Both the position numbers and the translations under genes were made by a program. A DNA stretch of 64,000 nucleotides from an uncultured Planctomycetaceae bacterium. GTDB lineage: Bacteria; Planctomycetota; Planctomycetia; Planctomycetales; Planctomycetaceae. Shown here one piece after another: positions 44,792 to 59,602 of the stretch (its first letter is position 1; every line of letters starts with the position of its first letter). The notes below the pieces were generated by a model. That model did no database searches, was not told where the DNA came from, and saw nothing but the letters and a program-made list of their open reading frames with translations. The stretch is from positions 160,001 through 224,000 of the forward strand of contig CAWFAK010000007.1 in NCBI GenBank assembly GCA_963813715.1, read 5' to 3'.

Positions 44792-47700
44792 CTAGGTGCG
44801 TCCTCCGGGTGACGCCGCGACTGCAGCCGCACGCTCGGAGTCGTCGGCCGCGCCCAGTTCGTCGGTCGCAATTGAGCGGTCGGCCAGTTCCTGCAGGGCC
44901 CGTTTGTAATCGGTCGGAATGACTTTCTTGAACTTGGTCAGGCTGTTCTCCCAGTCGGACAGGAGCCGGCCGGCGAGGGTCGAGCCTGTGTATTCACGGT
45001 GGTTGTCGATCAGGCGCTGCAGTTCTTCGACGTCGCGCGGTTCCGTGATCGGCTCGAGTTCGACCATCTCCATGTTGCAATTCGCCAACAGCTCGTCACC
45101 GGGATCGTAAACGTAGGCGACGCCGCCGGACATGCCGGCTGCGAAGTTGCGTCCGGTCGTTCCGAGGATCACGGCCACGCCGCCCGTCATGTACTCACAG
45201 CCGTGGTCGCCGACCCCTTCCACGACGGCGATCGCTCCCGAATTCCGCACACAGAAGCGTTCGGCCGCCTGGCCACGGAAATAAGCCTCGCCATGAATGG
45301 CGCCGTAAAGCGCGACGTTGCCGATGATGATGTTCTCTTCGGGGCAGAACGTGGCGGTCTTCGGCGGATAAACGATGATCCGCCCTCCAGAGAGCCCCTT
45401 GCCGACGTAGTCGTTGGCATCCCCCTCGAGCTCGATGGTCACGCCGTGGACCAGCCACGCGCCCAGGCTCTGCCCGGCCGAACCCGTGGCCTTGATGTGG
45501 ACCGTGCCGTCGGGCAAGCCGTCGGGTCCCCAGTTTTTCGAGATGCGATGGCTCAGCATGGTGCCGAACGCGCGGTCGATGTTTTCGATCGGCATTTCGA
45601 TGCGGTTGGGAATCCCCTCGTTGATGGAAGCCCAAAACCTTTCGATCAGCTCGTTGTCGAGCACTTCGTCGAGGCAGTGATTCTGGGACTTCGTGCAATA
45701 AACCTGAATGCCCGGCCGCGGTTTGATCGCCGGCGTAAGCACCGGCGTCAGGTCGAGCCCGCGGGCCTTCCAGTGGTCGATGGCGTCGTTCATTTCCAGG
45801 CGATCGCAACGGCCGACCATTTCATTGATGGTGCGGAAACCGAGCTGGGCCATCAGTTGGCGGCACTCCTCCGCGACCATGAAGAAGAAGTTGATCACGT
45901 GCTCGGGCAGCCCCGTGAATTTCTTCCGCAGCTCGGGATCTTGCGTGGCCACGCCGACCGGGCAGGTGTTGAGGTGGCACTTCCGCATCATGATGCAGCC
46001 GAGCGCGATCAGCGGCGCCGTCGAGAAGCCGAATTCCTCGGCCCCCAGCATGCAGGCGATGACCACGTCGCGCCCCGTCTTTAACTGGCCGTCCGTCTGC
46101 AGCCGCACCCGGCTCCGCAGGTCGTTGAGCACGAGCGTTTGATGCGTCTCCGCGATGCCCAGCTCCCACGGCAAGCCCGCGTGCTTGATGCTGGTGAGCG
46201 GTGAAGCGCCGGTCCCGCCGCTGTCGCCGGAGATCAAAATGTTATCGGCATGCCCCTTGGCCACGCCGGCAGCAATAGTCCCCACGCCCACTTCCGACAC
46301 CAGCTTTACGCTGATCCGCGCCGAAGGATTCGCGTTCTTCAGGTCGAAAATGAGCTGGGCCAGGTCTTCGATCGAGTAGATGTCGTGGTGCGGTGGCGGG
46401 CTGATCAGGCCGACGCCGGGTGTCGAGTGCCGCACGGCCGCGATCACGCGGTCGACCTTCTTGCCGGGCAGTTCGCCCCCTTCACCGGGCTTGGCCCCCT
46501 GGGCGATCTTGATTTGCAGCTCGTCGGCGTTCGTGAGGTACCAGCTCGTGACGCCGAAGCGGCCCGACGCCACCTGCTTGATGGCCGAACGCTTGGAATC
46601 GCCATTCGACATCGGCTTGAAGCGAGCGTAATCTTCGCCTCCTTCGCCCGTGTTGCTCTTGCCGCCCAGGCGGTTCATGGCGACGGCCAGCGTTTCGTGG
46701 ACTTCCGCGGAGATCGAGCCAAAGCTCATCGCGCCCGTGCAGAACCGGCGGACGATAAAGGGAGCCTCCTCGACTTCCTCCAGCGGCACGGGCGTCGACG
46801 GCTTGAACCGCAGCAAGCCGCGGAGATGGCATTCGCGCGTCGTCGTCTCGTTGATCAGCCGGGAGTAGCGCTCGTAGGCCGACTGGTCGCCCCCGCGGGC
46901 CGCCTGCTGCAGTTCGGCGATCGTGTGCGGATTCCAGGCGTGCTTCTCGCCGTTTTTTCGCCACTGATAGAGGCCGGGATTAGGCAGCACATTGAGGCGG
47001 ACCTGGTCGCGCGTCGGATAGCCGATTTCGTGCCGGCGGATCGATTCTTCGGCGAGCACGGCGAGGTTGACGCCGCGAATGCGGCTGGCCGTACCCGAGA
47101 AGCAGCGCTCGATCACGTCCTCATCGATGCCGACCGCCTCGAAGATTTGGGCCCCCTTGTAACTTTGCAAGGTGGAGATGCCCATCTTGCCCATCACCTT
47201 GAGCAGTCCCTTGGCTACGCCCTTCCGGTAGGCGGAGACGATCGCCTCGTCTGTGTATTCGGGCTCGAGCATGCCGTCTTCGCGGGCCTGGTAGAGGGAC
47301 TCGAAGGCCAGGTACGGATTGATGGCATCGGCCCCGTATCCCACCAGCAGGCAATGATGGTGCACGTCCCGGGCTTCGCCCGTTTCCAGCACCAGTCCGA
47401 TCTGCGTGCGCTCTTCGTCGCGGATGAGTTGATGGTGGACGGCCCCGCACGCCAATAACGTGCTGATGGGGACGCGGTCTTTGGCGCAATTGCGATCCGA
47501 CAGCACGATCAGGCTGTAGCCCTGGTCGATCGCCAGCGACGCTTCGTGACAGATGCGGTCGAGTGCCGGCTCCAACCCGGCCGCCCCTTCGCTCCGCGGA
47601 TAGGTAATGTCGATCGTCTTGGTTTTCCAGCCGCGGTGGTCGAGTTGGCGCAGCGCGCCATCTCTTCGTTGGCGAGAATTGGGTGCGGCACGACCAGTCG

Positions 47701-49507
47701 ATGGCATTGTTGCTCGGTCGTCTCGAGCAGGTTTCCTTCCGGCCCAATGTAGCACTCCAACGACATGATGATGTCTTCGCGGATCGAATCGATCGGCGGG
47801 TTGGTGACCTGCGCGAAGAGCTGCTTGAAGTAGTCGTAGAGCATCCGCGGCTGATCGCTCAAACACTCGAGGGCCGCGTCGTTGCCCATCGAGCCGATCG
47901 GATCTTTTTTCTCATGCAACAGCGGGATGAGCATGAAGCCCATCGTCTCGGTCGTGTAGCCGAAGGCCTGCATCCGCGCGAGCAGATCAGGCGGAGGATA
48001 ATGCGGAGGCACCGGCGCCCGCGGCAGATCGGCGAAGACGAGCCGCTGACGGCGGAGCCATTCGCCATAGGGACGGCGGGTGGCGACTTCGAGCTTGAGC
48101 TCTTCGTCGTCGATGATCCGCCCCTTTTCGAAGTCGACGAGGAACATACGTCCGGGCTGCAGGCGGCCCTTCAGCTTGACGTCGCTGGGATTGATATCGA
48201 GCACGCCGACTTCGCTCGCCATCACCACCTTGTCGTCCTTGGTGACGTAGTAACGGCTGGGGCGGAGACCGTTGCGGTCGAGCACGGCGCCGATGTAGTG
48301 CCCGTCGGTAAACGAGATCGATGCCGGCCCGTCCCATGGCTCCTGCAGGGCCGAGTGGTATTCGTAAAAGGCGCGTTTCTCCTCGGGCATGCTCGGGTGA
48401 TTCTGCCAGGCCTCCGGGATCATCATCATCACGGCTTCGGGCAGGCTGCGGCCGGCGTGCAACAGCAACTCGAGCGCGTTGTCGAAATTGCCCGAGTCCG
48501 AGCAATGCGGCTCGCTGATGGGAAAGACCTTCTCCAGGTCGGCTCCGAACAATGGGCTGCTCATCATCCCCTGGCGGGCCAGCATCCAATTCCGGTTGCC
48601 GCGAAGCGTGTTGATCTCGCCGTTGTGGGCCATGTAGCGGTTGGGATGCGCGGTCCCAACTGGGAAACGTATTGGTTGAGAACCGCGAGTGAACCATCGC
48701 CAGGTGGCTGCGGTAGTCGGCATCCTGCAGATCCGGGTAGTACGGGACGAGCTGCCGGGCCGTGAGCATGCCCTTGTAGACGATGACTCGCGAAGAGAGG
48801 CTGCAGATGTAGAACATCAGCGCCTGCTCGAGATCGCTCGTCCGCAGGATACGGCTGGTCCGCTTGCGAATCACGAAGAGCTGGCGGTCAAACGCGTCTC
48901 GATCGAACCCGTCGGCCGCGCCAATAAAAAGCTGTTCGATCACCGGCTCGGCTGCCCGCGCCGAGGGGCCGATGTCGGCTCCGTCCGCCCGCGTCGGCAG
49001 CGGTCGCCAACCCAGCAGCCTTTGTCCCTGCTCGGCGATCAGGCGATTGACCGTCTCCTTGCAGGCCCGACGTTCGCGAGCGTTGGTCGGCAGGAAGACG
49101 TTGCCCACGCCGTAAAGGCCCGGCTTGGGCAGCGTCACACCCAAGTCGACATCAGCGACTTTCTGCAGGAATTCGTAGGGCAAGCCGGTCAGCATGCCGG
49201 CCCCGTCGCCCGTATTGGCTTCGCAGCCGGTCGCACCGCGATGGATCAGGTGACGCAGGATGCGATCCGCGTCGTCGATGATTTCGCGACAGCGGACCCC
49301 CTTGATGTTCGCGACGAAGCCGACGCCGCAGCAATCGTGCTCGTATTCGGGATCGTAAAGACCGCTCTTGGCCGGCGGGCCGTAGAGCGCCCCGGGCGGA
49401 GCCTCGCCCCCGGTGCCAGGATACGATGCAACAACGGGTCCTTCCGTGGGGCGTGCCGTCAAATTGTTTGCGGTGGACTCAGCCGAGCGCTCGGCGTGGG
49501 ACTTCAT
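44792..49507 (-). CDS. gltB: Glutamate synthase large subunit; apparent frameshifts near 48655 and 47655
   Basis: [97 protein letters not shown]. Confidence 0.96.
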
Positions 49508-50418
49508 GCTCTCTCACTTCCGCGACTGACGATCAGCTCCGGGCTCTCCCGCAGAAGTTCCACCAGCTTGCGCGCCGGGTTCGTCAAGGTCCGGTTGCGC
49601 CGATGGATGATTCCCAGGGGACGGTGCCACGGAGTTCCTTCGATGGAGACGGCACACAGCGAACCGGTCTCCGCTTCACGTCGGACGGTCGGGGCGGGCA
49701 ACAAAGCGACACCCGAACCGATCTCGACGGCCCGTTTGATGTTCTCCACGTTGTCGAACAGATGCACAAAATCGACGGCGATATTGGCCTGTTTGAACCA
49801 GCGGTCGATCTGTTTGCGAATCGTCAGCTCGGAGGTGAAGCCCACGAACGATTCGCCGTCCAACTGCGCCGGCGCGATCGGCGGCCGGCCGGCAAGGCGG
49901 TGCCCGCGCGGGACGACCAACACGATCTCCTGGTTTTGCCAGGGAATGGAGGCGATTTCGTTGCCGGCCCGGGGAAACGACACGATGCCCAAATCGGCTT
50001 CGTCGTTGAGCACGCGCGAATAGACTTCGTCGGGATGCAGATATTCGAGTTGCAGCACGACGTCCGGAAACTGGGTTTTGTAGCGCTTGGCGTACGTATC
50101 CATCTGCAACAGCCCGACCGAGTAGATCGCCGCCATCCGGACGCGCCCGATCACCTTGTTGCGCATCTGCTGCACGCGGTCTTCGACGTGCCGGATCGAC
50201 TCCAGGATCTTGCGGCAGCCGTCGTAGTAAATCTGGCCGGCGGCCGTGAGCTCGAAGGGCCGCTTCGAACGGTCGATCAGCTTGCAGCCGAGCCGCTTCT
50301 CGAGGATGAGCACGGCCTGGCTGGCGGAAGATTGAGACACCTCATTCTCGATCGCGGCCTTCGAAAAACTGCCGTGTGCGACCACGTCGCAGAAAATTTC
50401 CACGTTACGTAAGTGCAT
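49504..50418 (-). CDS. LysR-family transcriptional regulator
   Basis: HTH GSFSKAA...SQSSASQ..LEKRLG..LIDR; substrate domain IKRAVEIGSGVALLP; stop codon overlaps the gltB ATG. Confidence 0.95.
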   Translation of the reverse strand: MHLRNVEIFCDVVAHGSFSKAAIENEVSQSSASQAVLILEKRLGCKLIDRSKRPFELTAAGQIYYDGCRKILESIRHVEDRVQQMRNKVIGRVRMAAIYSVGLLQMDTYAKRYKTQFPDVVLQLEYLHPDEVYSRVLNDEADLGIVSFPRAGNEIASIPWQNQEIVLVVPRGHRLAGRPPIAPAQLDGESFVGFTSELTIRKQIDRWFKQANIAVDFVHLFDNVENIKRAVEIGSGVALLPAPTVRREAETGSLCAVSIEGTPWHRPLGIIHRRNRTLTNPARKLVELLRESPELIVSRGSERA

Positions 50419-50431
50419 ACCGGGCCTGGAG

Positions 50432-50448
50432 TATTAGTAAAAATAATA
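50432..50448. promoter_or_regulatory. LysR box (T-N11-A), likely autoregulatory
   Basis: Perfect TATTA-N7-TAATA palindrome in an AT-rich patch just upstream of the LysR start. Confidence 0.65.
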
Positions 50449-50727
50449 CCGTTAAGGATTGTTATCAAAAAATGCGAATTTGCAGTCTACGGTGCACGTT
50501 TAGACCCGTCAAGAAGCAAGTGAGCCTAAAACGGCCCGGCGCAGTAGATTCCGCCTCCCCCGCGGCTGCCAAATTTCTCGCTGCCCCGCGGCCGCCGTGG
50601 ACCTCTTTTCAGTGGTGCCGCCGGCACTCAGAGGAAAACAAACAGCCGCCCCGATAAGATGGGCGTCGCCGTCATTGCCGCGCGCTGATTCCAGCCGCTG
50701 CGGCCAAATCCGACCTTTGGGAGTTCT

Positions 50728-52025
50728 GTGAAGATGTCCAGCCACCAGCGCTATCTTTGTCTGTGTTCGCTCCTGATCGTTGGTTTAGCTGGTTGCCAAT
50801 CGGACACACCCGCGCCCCCAGCCGCAGCAACCTACCCTGCGGAGGTGCCCGCCGTTCCCGTGCTCAATCCCGACGTTCCGCAAACCCCTGAGCTGGCCGT
50901 AAAAGCGGTGCTCGACGGTTTGAACGCGTCGAAGCCCGTCGCGCTGTGGGACGCGATCCCGGCGACCGCACAACAATCGATCGACAAACAACTCGGCGAC
51001 GCGTTCGCCACGGTCGACCCCGAAGTCTGGCAGCGCACCGTTGCCAACCTGAAGAAACTGGTCACCCTGCTCGAAACGAGAAAGAGCGACTTCCTGGCGT
51101 GCGCCCTCTTTAGAACCGGACAGATCCCCAAGGTCATCGATCTGAAGGCGGCCTGGGATCCCGGCGTAAAACTGCTGAAGGCGCTGGTCAACAGCGACGC
51201 TGTCGACCAACAGAAGATGAGCAAGTTCAGCGGCCGCGCGTTTTTTGGCGGAGTCGGCGCCACCGTACTCGCGGAGGCCCGGGCGGTCAGCAAGACGATG
51301 AAGCCCGATCGGCTCGCCTTCCTGGACGGCATTAAAGCCACGGTCAAGAAAACCTCGGACAGCGCCGCCCAAGTCACGCTGAATTTCGCCGATCCAAAAG
51401 CCAAGCCCATAGAACTTCGGCTGGCGATCATCGAAGGCAAATGGACTAGTCAACAGATGGCCTTCATCCTCTCGATCGGCAGCGGAGTGGCCGCGGCGTA
51501 CTTTGAGCCGTTTCGCCCCTACCGATTGGTGGAATGGAAGAGCGGCTATTTGAAAGACATGGACCGCCTGAGCCAAATCATCGACAAACTGCAGGCGGCA
51601 AAGAGTGGGGACGAGTTCCAGAATCTGATGTTCAATCAAGTTTTGATGTTCGCGATGCAGAAGGGCGGACAGCTCCGCGCCCTCGTCCGCAACCGACGCC
51701 GACGCAAACCCTGTCGTGGGACCGAAAGGCCAATACCGCCATGATCGTGGTGAAAGACCTTCACTCCTTCGAAGAGCCCACGTATGAAGCGTTGACCAAG
51801 GCCCTCCGTGCGGTCGACGTGGAAACTTTCCGCGGTCCGAAAGAAGTCGAAGGGGCGACGCTCTTCTTCGTCGGCCCCACCGATAATGCGCTCGACAAGG
51901 TGGTGAAGGCGATTCAGGTGGGCAAGATCACCAACACCGACAAGCTGCGAGACACCGTGAAGGTCGAGCTGCCAACTTCTCTCAAAGAGCCGCCGTCGAC
52001 TGCGGAAGCCCCGAAGGCGAAGTAG
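50728..52025 (+). CDS. Hypothetical lipoprotein; apparent frameshift near 51685
   Basis: LAGC lipobox in ORF 50728..51744; coding-like continuation in the 51534..52025 frame. Confidence 0.7.
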
Positions 52026-52062
52026 TGGACAAGGCGGCGCGGCCCGCGTCAGACAAGCTCGC

Positions 52063-54185
52063 TCAGGCCAGCCCGTTGTGCCGCAAGAGTGCCTGCGGGT
52101 TGGGTTCGCGGCCGCGGAAGTCTTTGAAGACCTCCATCGGATGGCGGCTGCCGCCTTGCGCCAGCACCGTGTCGCGGAAACGCCTGCCGATCCGGGCGAT
52201 CGCCGGCTCATTGTCGAGCCCGGCCTCCTCGAAGGCGCTGAAGGCGTCGGCACTGAGCACCTCGGCCCACTTGTAGCTGTAGTAGCCCGCCGCGTATCCG
52301 CCCGCGAAAATGTGGGTGAAGGCACACAGCGAGCGATCCTCCGGCAGTAAAGGCATCACCGACGTCTGCTCGCCGATCCGCCGCTGCAACTCGAAGACCG
52401 ACTCGCCCGACGCAGGCGAATATCCATGGTGCAGTGCCATGTCGGTCATGCCGAAGAGCAGCTGCCGCAGCATCGCCAGGCCGGCCTGAAAGGTTCGGGC
52501 CGCGCAGATCTTCTCGAACAGATCTTCCGGCAGCGGCTGCGCCCGTTTCGTAGTGGTGCTTAAGCCCAGCAGCGTAGGCCGATGGTAGCACCAGTTCTCC
52601 ATGAACTGGCTCGGCAGCTCGACCGCATCCCACTCGACGCCGTTAATGCCGGCCGCATCCGCGTAGTCCACGGTCGTCAGCATGTGCTGCAGCCCGTGTC
52701 CGAACTCGTGGAACAGCGTCTCCACTTCGCGGAAGGTCATCAGCGACGGTTTGCCGCCGGCCGGAGGCGTCGAATTGCAGATCAGGTGGGCGACCGGCAG
52801 CTGCAGCTTTCCGCGGAGGAAACGGCGGCCGAGACAATCGTCCATCCAGGCGCCGCCCCGCTTGTTCTCCGGCCGACTATAAGGGTCGAGGTAGAACGCA
52901 GCGATCTGCTTGCCGCTTTCATTCGAGATGCGGAAAAAGCGGACGTCCTTGTGCCAGACAGGCGCCTCGCCGTCGGCCGGCGACACGTGGATGCCGAACA
53001 ATCCGCTCCGCCAGGCCGAAGAGCCCTTTCAGCACCGACTCGAGCGGAAAATAAGGACGCAACTCTTCGTCGGTGAATTGGAACTTTTTCTCGCGCAGAC
53101 GTTCGGACCAGAAGGCGACGTCCCAATTCATCACGGGCTGGCCCCCCTGCCCCAGCTCGGTCCCTGCCTCGGCCGCCAGCGCGCGGACAGCGTCCAGCTC
53201 GCGATGCGCGGCGGCCCAGGACGCCTCGCGAAGCGTCTGAAACATGGCCGACACCATCTCGACACTGGGCGCCATCTTTTTGGCCAGGCTCAGCTCGGCG
53301 AAGGTGGAAAAGCCCAAGAGCTGCGCCTCTTCGGCACGCAGGGACGAGGATCTTTGCGACCAGCGGAGTGTTATCCCACTCGCCCGACGAGGCTCGCGTG
53401 ATGTAGGCCCGATACATCTTCTCGCGCAAGTCGCGGCGGCGGCTGTGCTGCATGAAGGGGCCGAAGCTCGGGAATTCGAGCGTGAACCGCCATGGGCCGG
53501 CTTCCTCGGTCCCGGACGTCTGCCCGTCTTCGAGCATCGCGTTATGCGAGTGCGAAGCCAGCCGCAGCAGGCTCGGCGGCAATCCTTCGACGTCGGCCCG
53601 ATCGGTGAGCGTGATCGAAAAAGCCTTCGTCGCGTCGAGCACGTGATTGGAAAAGTCGGTCGTCAGTTGGGACATTTCCTGCGCGATGGCGTTGAACCGC
53701 TCCCGCTTTTCTCCACTGAGACCGATGCCGGCCAGCTCGGCGTCGAGAATCTTGTGCTCGACGATCCGCCGCTGTGGACCAGTCAGCGTCGCCCAGGACG
53801 GGCCTTCCTTGAGTCCTTTGAGGGCGCGATAAACCGGCTCGCTCTGACCGACGCGGAGGCTGAACGTCACAACCTCTGGCAGCACCTCCTCGTGCGCTCT
53901 GCGCAATTCGGGCGAATTGAGCACACCCAACAGATGCGACACCGGGCTCCATGAGTATTGGAACGGCGTATTCAGCTCTTCGAGCGATTCGACGGAGCTG
54001 GCCCAAGTCGGCTCGACGGTTTTTTCGATTTGCTCGAAGCGCGCCGAGGCGTCGGCCAGCACCTTTTGCACGGCCGGAACCACGTGCTCGGGCTGGATGC
54101 GATCGAACCGCGGCAGACCGTCGGTTACGAGCAGTGGGTTGTCGGCGAGTTCGGCTGTGGACACGAGCAACTCCGATCGTGACAT
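52063..54185 (-). CDS. prlC: Oligopeptidase A (M3 metallopeptidase); several apparent frameshifts
   Basis: NPLL...[61 protein letters not shown]. Confidence 0.93.
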
Positions 54186-54288
54186 TTCCGGGCGAGCGTC
54201 GGGTGTCAGCCCGGCGGGTTGTCGGATTCTATCCGCGCAGGGAATTCTATGCGCGTGCGAACCGCAGCGACAAATTTGCCACCAGAAA

Positions 54289-57217
<2,929 letters not shown>

Positions 57218-57247
57218 TTTTTCTCTCGCCACTCTCTCCCATTGGCC

Positions 57248-57335
57248 GGGTGGCACTGGCGGCTTGTCCGCCAGTGTCTTAACTGGGTCGCGCCGTGAAT
57301 GATTCGCACTGGCGGACGAGCCGCCAGTGGCACCC
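57248..57335. repeat. Inverted pair of REP-like palindromes
   Basis: GGGTGGCACTGGCGGCTTGTCCGCCAGTG (57248-57276) and CACTGGCGGACGAGCCGCCAGTGGCACCC (57307-57335). Confidence 0.8.
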
Positions 57336-57358
57336 ACCAATTTGGAACAGTCGGTCTA

Positions 57359-58971
57359 CTAGCGCCGCGCGGAAGCTGCGCTTGCCGTCGTCCGTCGGGT
57401 CGATTTGCCGAGTCCGCCGAGATCTTTGAAGAGCTTATATTCCACGCTGTCAACCAACGCTAGCCAACTGGCTTCGATCACGTTTTCACTCACGCCGACG
57501 GTCGTCCAGACGTTGTCGCGATCGCGGCTCTCGATCATCACGCGAACGCGGGCGGCCGTCCCTTCCGTCGAGTTAATGACGCGGACCTTGTAGTCGTCCA
57601 AATGCATCTCCGCCAGACGCGGATAGGCGGACGCCAGCGCTTTGCGGAGGGCCGTGTCGAGGGCGTTGACGGGACCGTCCCCCTCCGCCACGACGTGCTC
57701 GTGTGCGCCGCCGACGGTCAGCTTGATCGTTGCCTCGGTCACCGGTTGGCCACCTTCGTCCGTGACCACGTTCACACGGTAGTGATCGCGGACGAACTTC
57801 GGCTCGTACGTCCCGGCAACCTTCATCACCAGCAGATCGAAGGACGCCTCGGCCGCTTCGAACTGGTAGCCTTCGCTCTCCAGCTCCTGTACGCGGTCGA
57901 GGATTTTCTTCATCAGCTCGGGATTGTCGTCGCCGCCGTCTTTGCCGAGCTTGGCCACGATGTTCGAGCGCCCGGAGAGTTCGCTGACCAGGATCCGCCG
58001 CTCATTGCCCACCGTTTCCGGATCGATGTGCTCGTAGCTCTGCGACACGCGGTTGACGGCATGGACGTGCATCCCGCCTTTGTGGGCGAACGCGCTCATC
58101 CCCACGAAGGCCTGGTTCGCGCGGAAGTTCATGTTGGCGATCTCGTAGACGTAGCGCGATAGCTCGGTGAGCCGCGACACGCCATCGGGCACCAGCACTT
58201 CGTGCCCTTCCTTGATCGCGAGGTTGGCGACCACGCTGATCAGGTCGACGTTGCCGCAGCGCTCGCCCACGCCGTTCACCGTCCCCTGCACCTGGATCGC
58301 GCCGTGTCGCACGGCGGCCAGCGAATTGGCCGTCGCCACGTCGCAGTCGTTATGGCAGTGGATGCCGACGGGCACCTTGAGGGCGCCGCGGGCTGCTTCG
58401 ACGCCGATCGCAATCCGCTCGGGCAGGCTGCCGCCATTGGTGTCGCACAACACGACGATCTCCGCGCCCCCTCCTGCGCCGCTTGAATCGTCTTCAGCGC
58501 AAACTCGGGATTGAGCCTGTGCCCGTCGAAGAAGTGTTCGGCGTCGTAGATCACGCGGCGTCCCTCGGCCCGCAAGAAGGCGACCGAGTCGCGGATCATC
58601 GCGAGGTTCTCTTCCTCGCTGACCGACAGCACTTCGCGGACGTGCAGGTCCCAGCTCTTGCCAACGAGCGTCACGACTTTAGTCCGGGCGTCGCGGAGGG
58701 CCAGCATGCCGACGTCTTTTTCGGCGGCCGTCGCTTTGCGGCGCGTCATGCCGAAGGCCACGACTTGCGCGTGCTGGAGCGGCAGATCGGCCACGCGCTG
58801 GAAGTACTCGGCATCTTTCTGGTTGGAAAGCGGATAGCCGCCTTCGATGAAGTCGAAACCCAGCTCGTCGAGCTTGGCCGTGATCAGCAGCTTGTCCTGC
58901 AGCGAAAAGTAGACCCCCTCGCCCTGGCTGCCGTCGCGAAGCGTCGTGTCGTAGATCTGTACGCGTGACAT
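57359..58971 (-). CDS. cimA: Citramalate synthase; apparent frameshift near 58468
   Basis: YDTTLRDGSQGEG..FS..DK, FIEGG.P.SN.KD, GKSWDLHV, YDAEHFFDG, LCDTNGG, AFAHKGGMH, YEHIDPE.VGN, GYQFEAAEASF, WTTVGVSENVIEASW. Confidence 0.93.
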
Positions 58972-58988
58972 TTTCAGTGCTTCCTCTG

Positions 58989-59019
58989 GCGAGCCGGCGG
59001 GCTGTCAGCCCGCCGGTTC
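58989..59019. repeat. Single REP-like palindrome in the cimA 5' UTR
   Basis: GAGCCGGCGGGCT-GTC-AGCCCGCCGGTTC hairpin. Confidence 0.6.
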
Positions 59020-59042
59020 TCGAACGGGCCTTCGTCTCGTTC

Positions 59043-59082
59043 AAAACGAAAAAACCCTCAGGCCGGGCGGGCGACCTGAGGG
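59043..59082 (-). terminator. Intrinsic terminator of the cimA leader (attenuator)
   Basis: Minus strand CCCTCAGG-N12-CCTGAGGG followed by TTTTTTCGTTTT. Confidence 0.88.
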
Positions 59083-59117
59083 CTGAGATTTCTTGTCGGA
59101 AGGTCTCTGCTAATGCC

Positions 59118-59198
59118 TCACGTCGCGCCGCCCCGAGGCGGCTCGATAATGGCAATGCCAATCGCGGTGCCGACGACGACTACCGGTCGCAGAGTCAT
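59118..59198 (-). CDS. Val/Ile-rich attenuator leader peptide MTLRPVVVVGTAIGIAIIEPPRGGAT
   Basis: Read directly from the sequence: 26 codons plus TGA, four consecutive Val and four Ile; alternative in-frame ATG at 59222. Confidence 0.8.
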   Translation of the reverse strand: MTLRPVVVVGTAIGIAIIEPPRGGAT

Positions 59199-59267
59199 GG
59201 GAGGTGTCGCAGGCTGAAACATCGAACGTCAGATCCGAATTACGGCACTTCAAATCAGGGCATTTGA

Positions 59268-59296
59268 AGGATAGGGCAAGCCGAAACGGCTGTCAA
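59268..59296 (-). promoter_or_regulatory. Sigma70-type promoter for leader-cimA
   Basis: Minus strand TTGACA-17 bp-TATCCT. Confidence 0.75.
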
Positions 59297-59335
59297 ACCG
59301 GGGCTTTCACCCACCCTGCGCGCTACAATCGCTGC

Positions 59336-59602
59336 ATGCTGTTTATGGTGATCGAGCAGTTTCGCAACAGCGATCCGAAACCCGTTCGCCAGCGGTTCCT
59401 GGAGCAAGGCCGGCTGCTGCCCGAAGGCGTCATTTACCACGCCAGCTGGGTCGATGCGGAACGAGCCCGCTGCTACCAGCTGATGGAGGTGCCCGACCTC
59501 GACAAGGTTCGCCTGTGGACGCAGGCTTGGGACGACATCGTCGATTTCGAGATCGTCCCGGTGGAGACGTCGCAGGACTTTTGGGCCCGCTTCGGCGGTT
59601 AG
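59336..59602 (+). CDS. DUF3303-family small protein
   Basis: MLFMVIEQF....V..RF...GR.LPEG..Y..SWV......CYQLME........W...W.D.VDFEIVPV. Confidence 0.82.
   Translation: MLFMVIEQFRNSDPKPVRQRFLEQGRLLPEGVIYHASWVDAERARCYQLMEVPDLDKVRLWTQAWDDIVDFEIVPVETSQDFWARFGG

Noticed and set aside
57218..57358. T-box upstream of valS
   Set aside because: Spacer is short and occupied by a REP pair; no T-box antiterminator followed by a U-tailed terminator.
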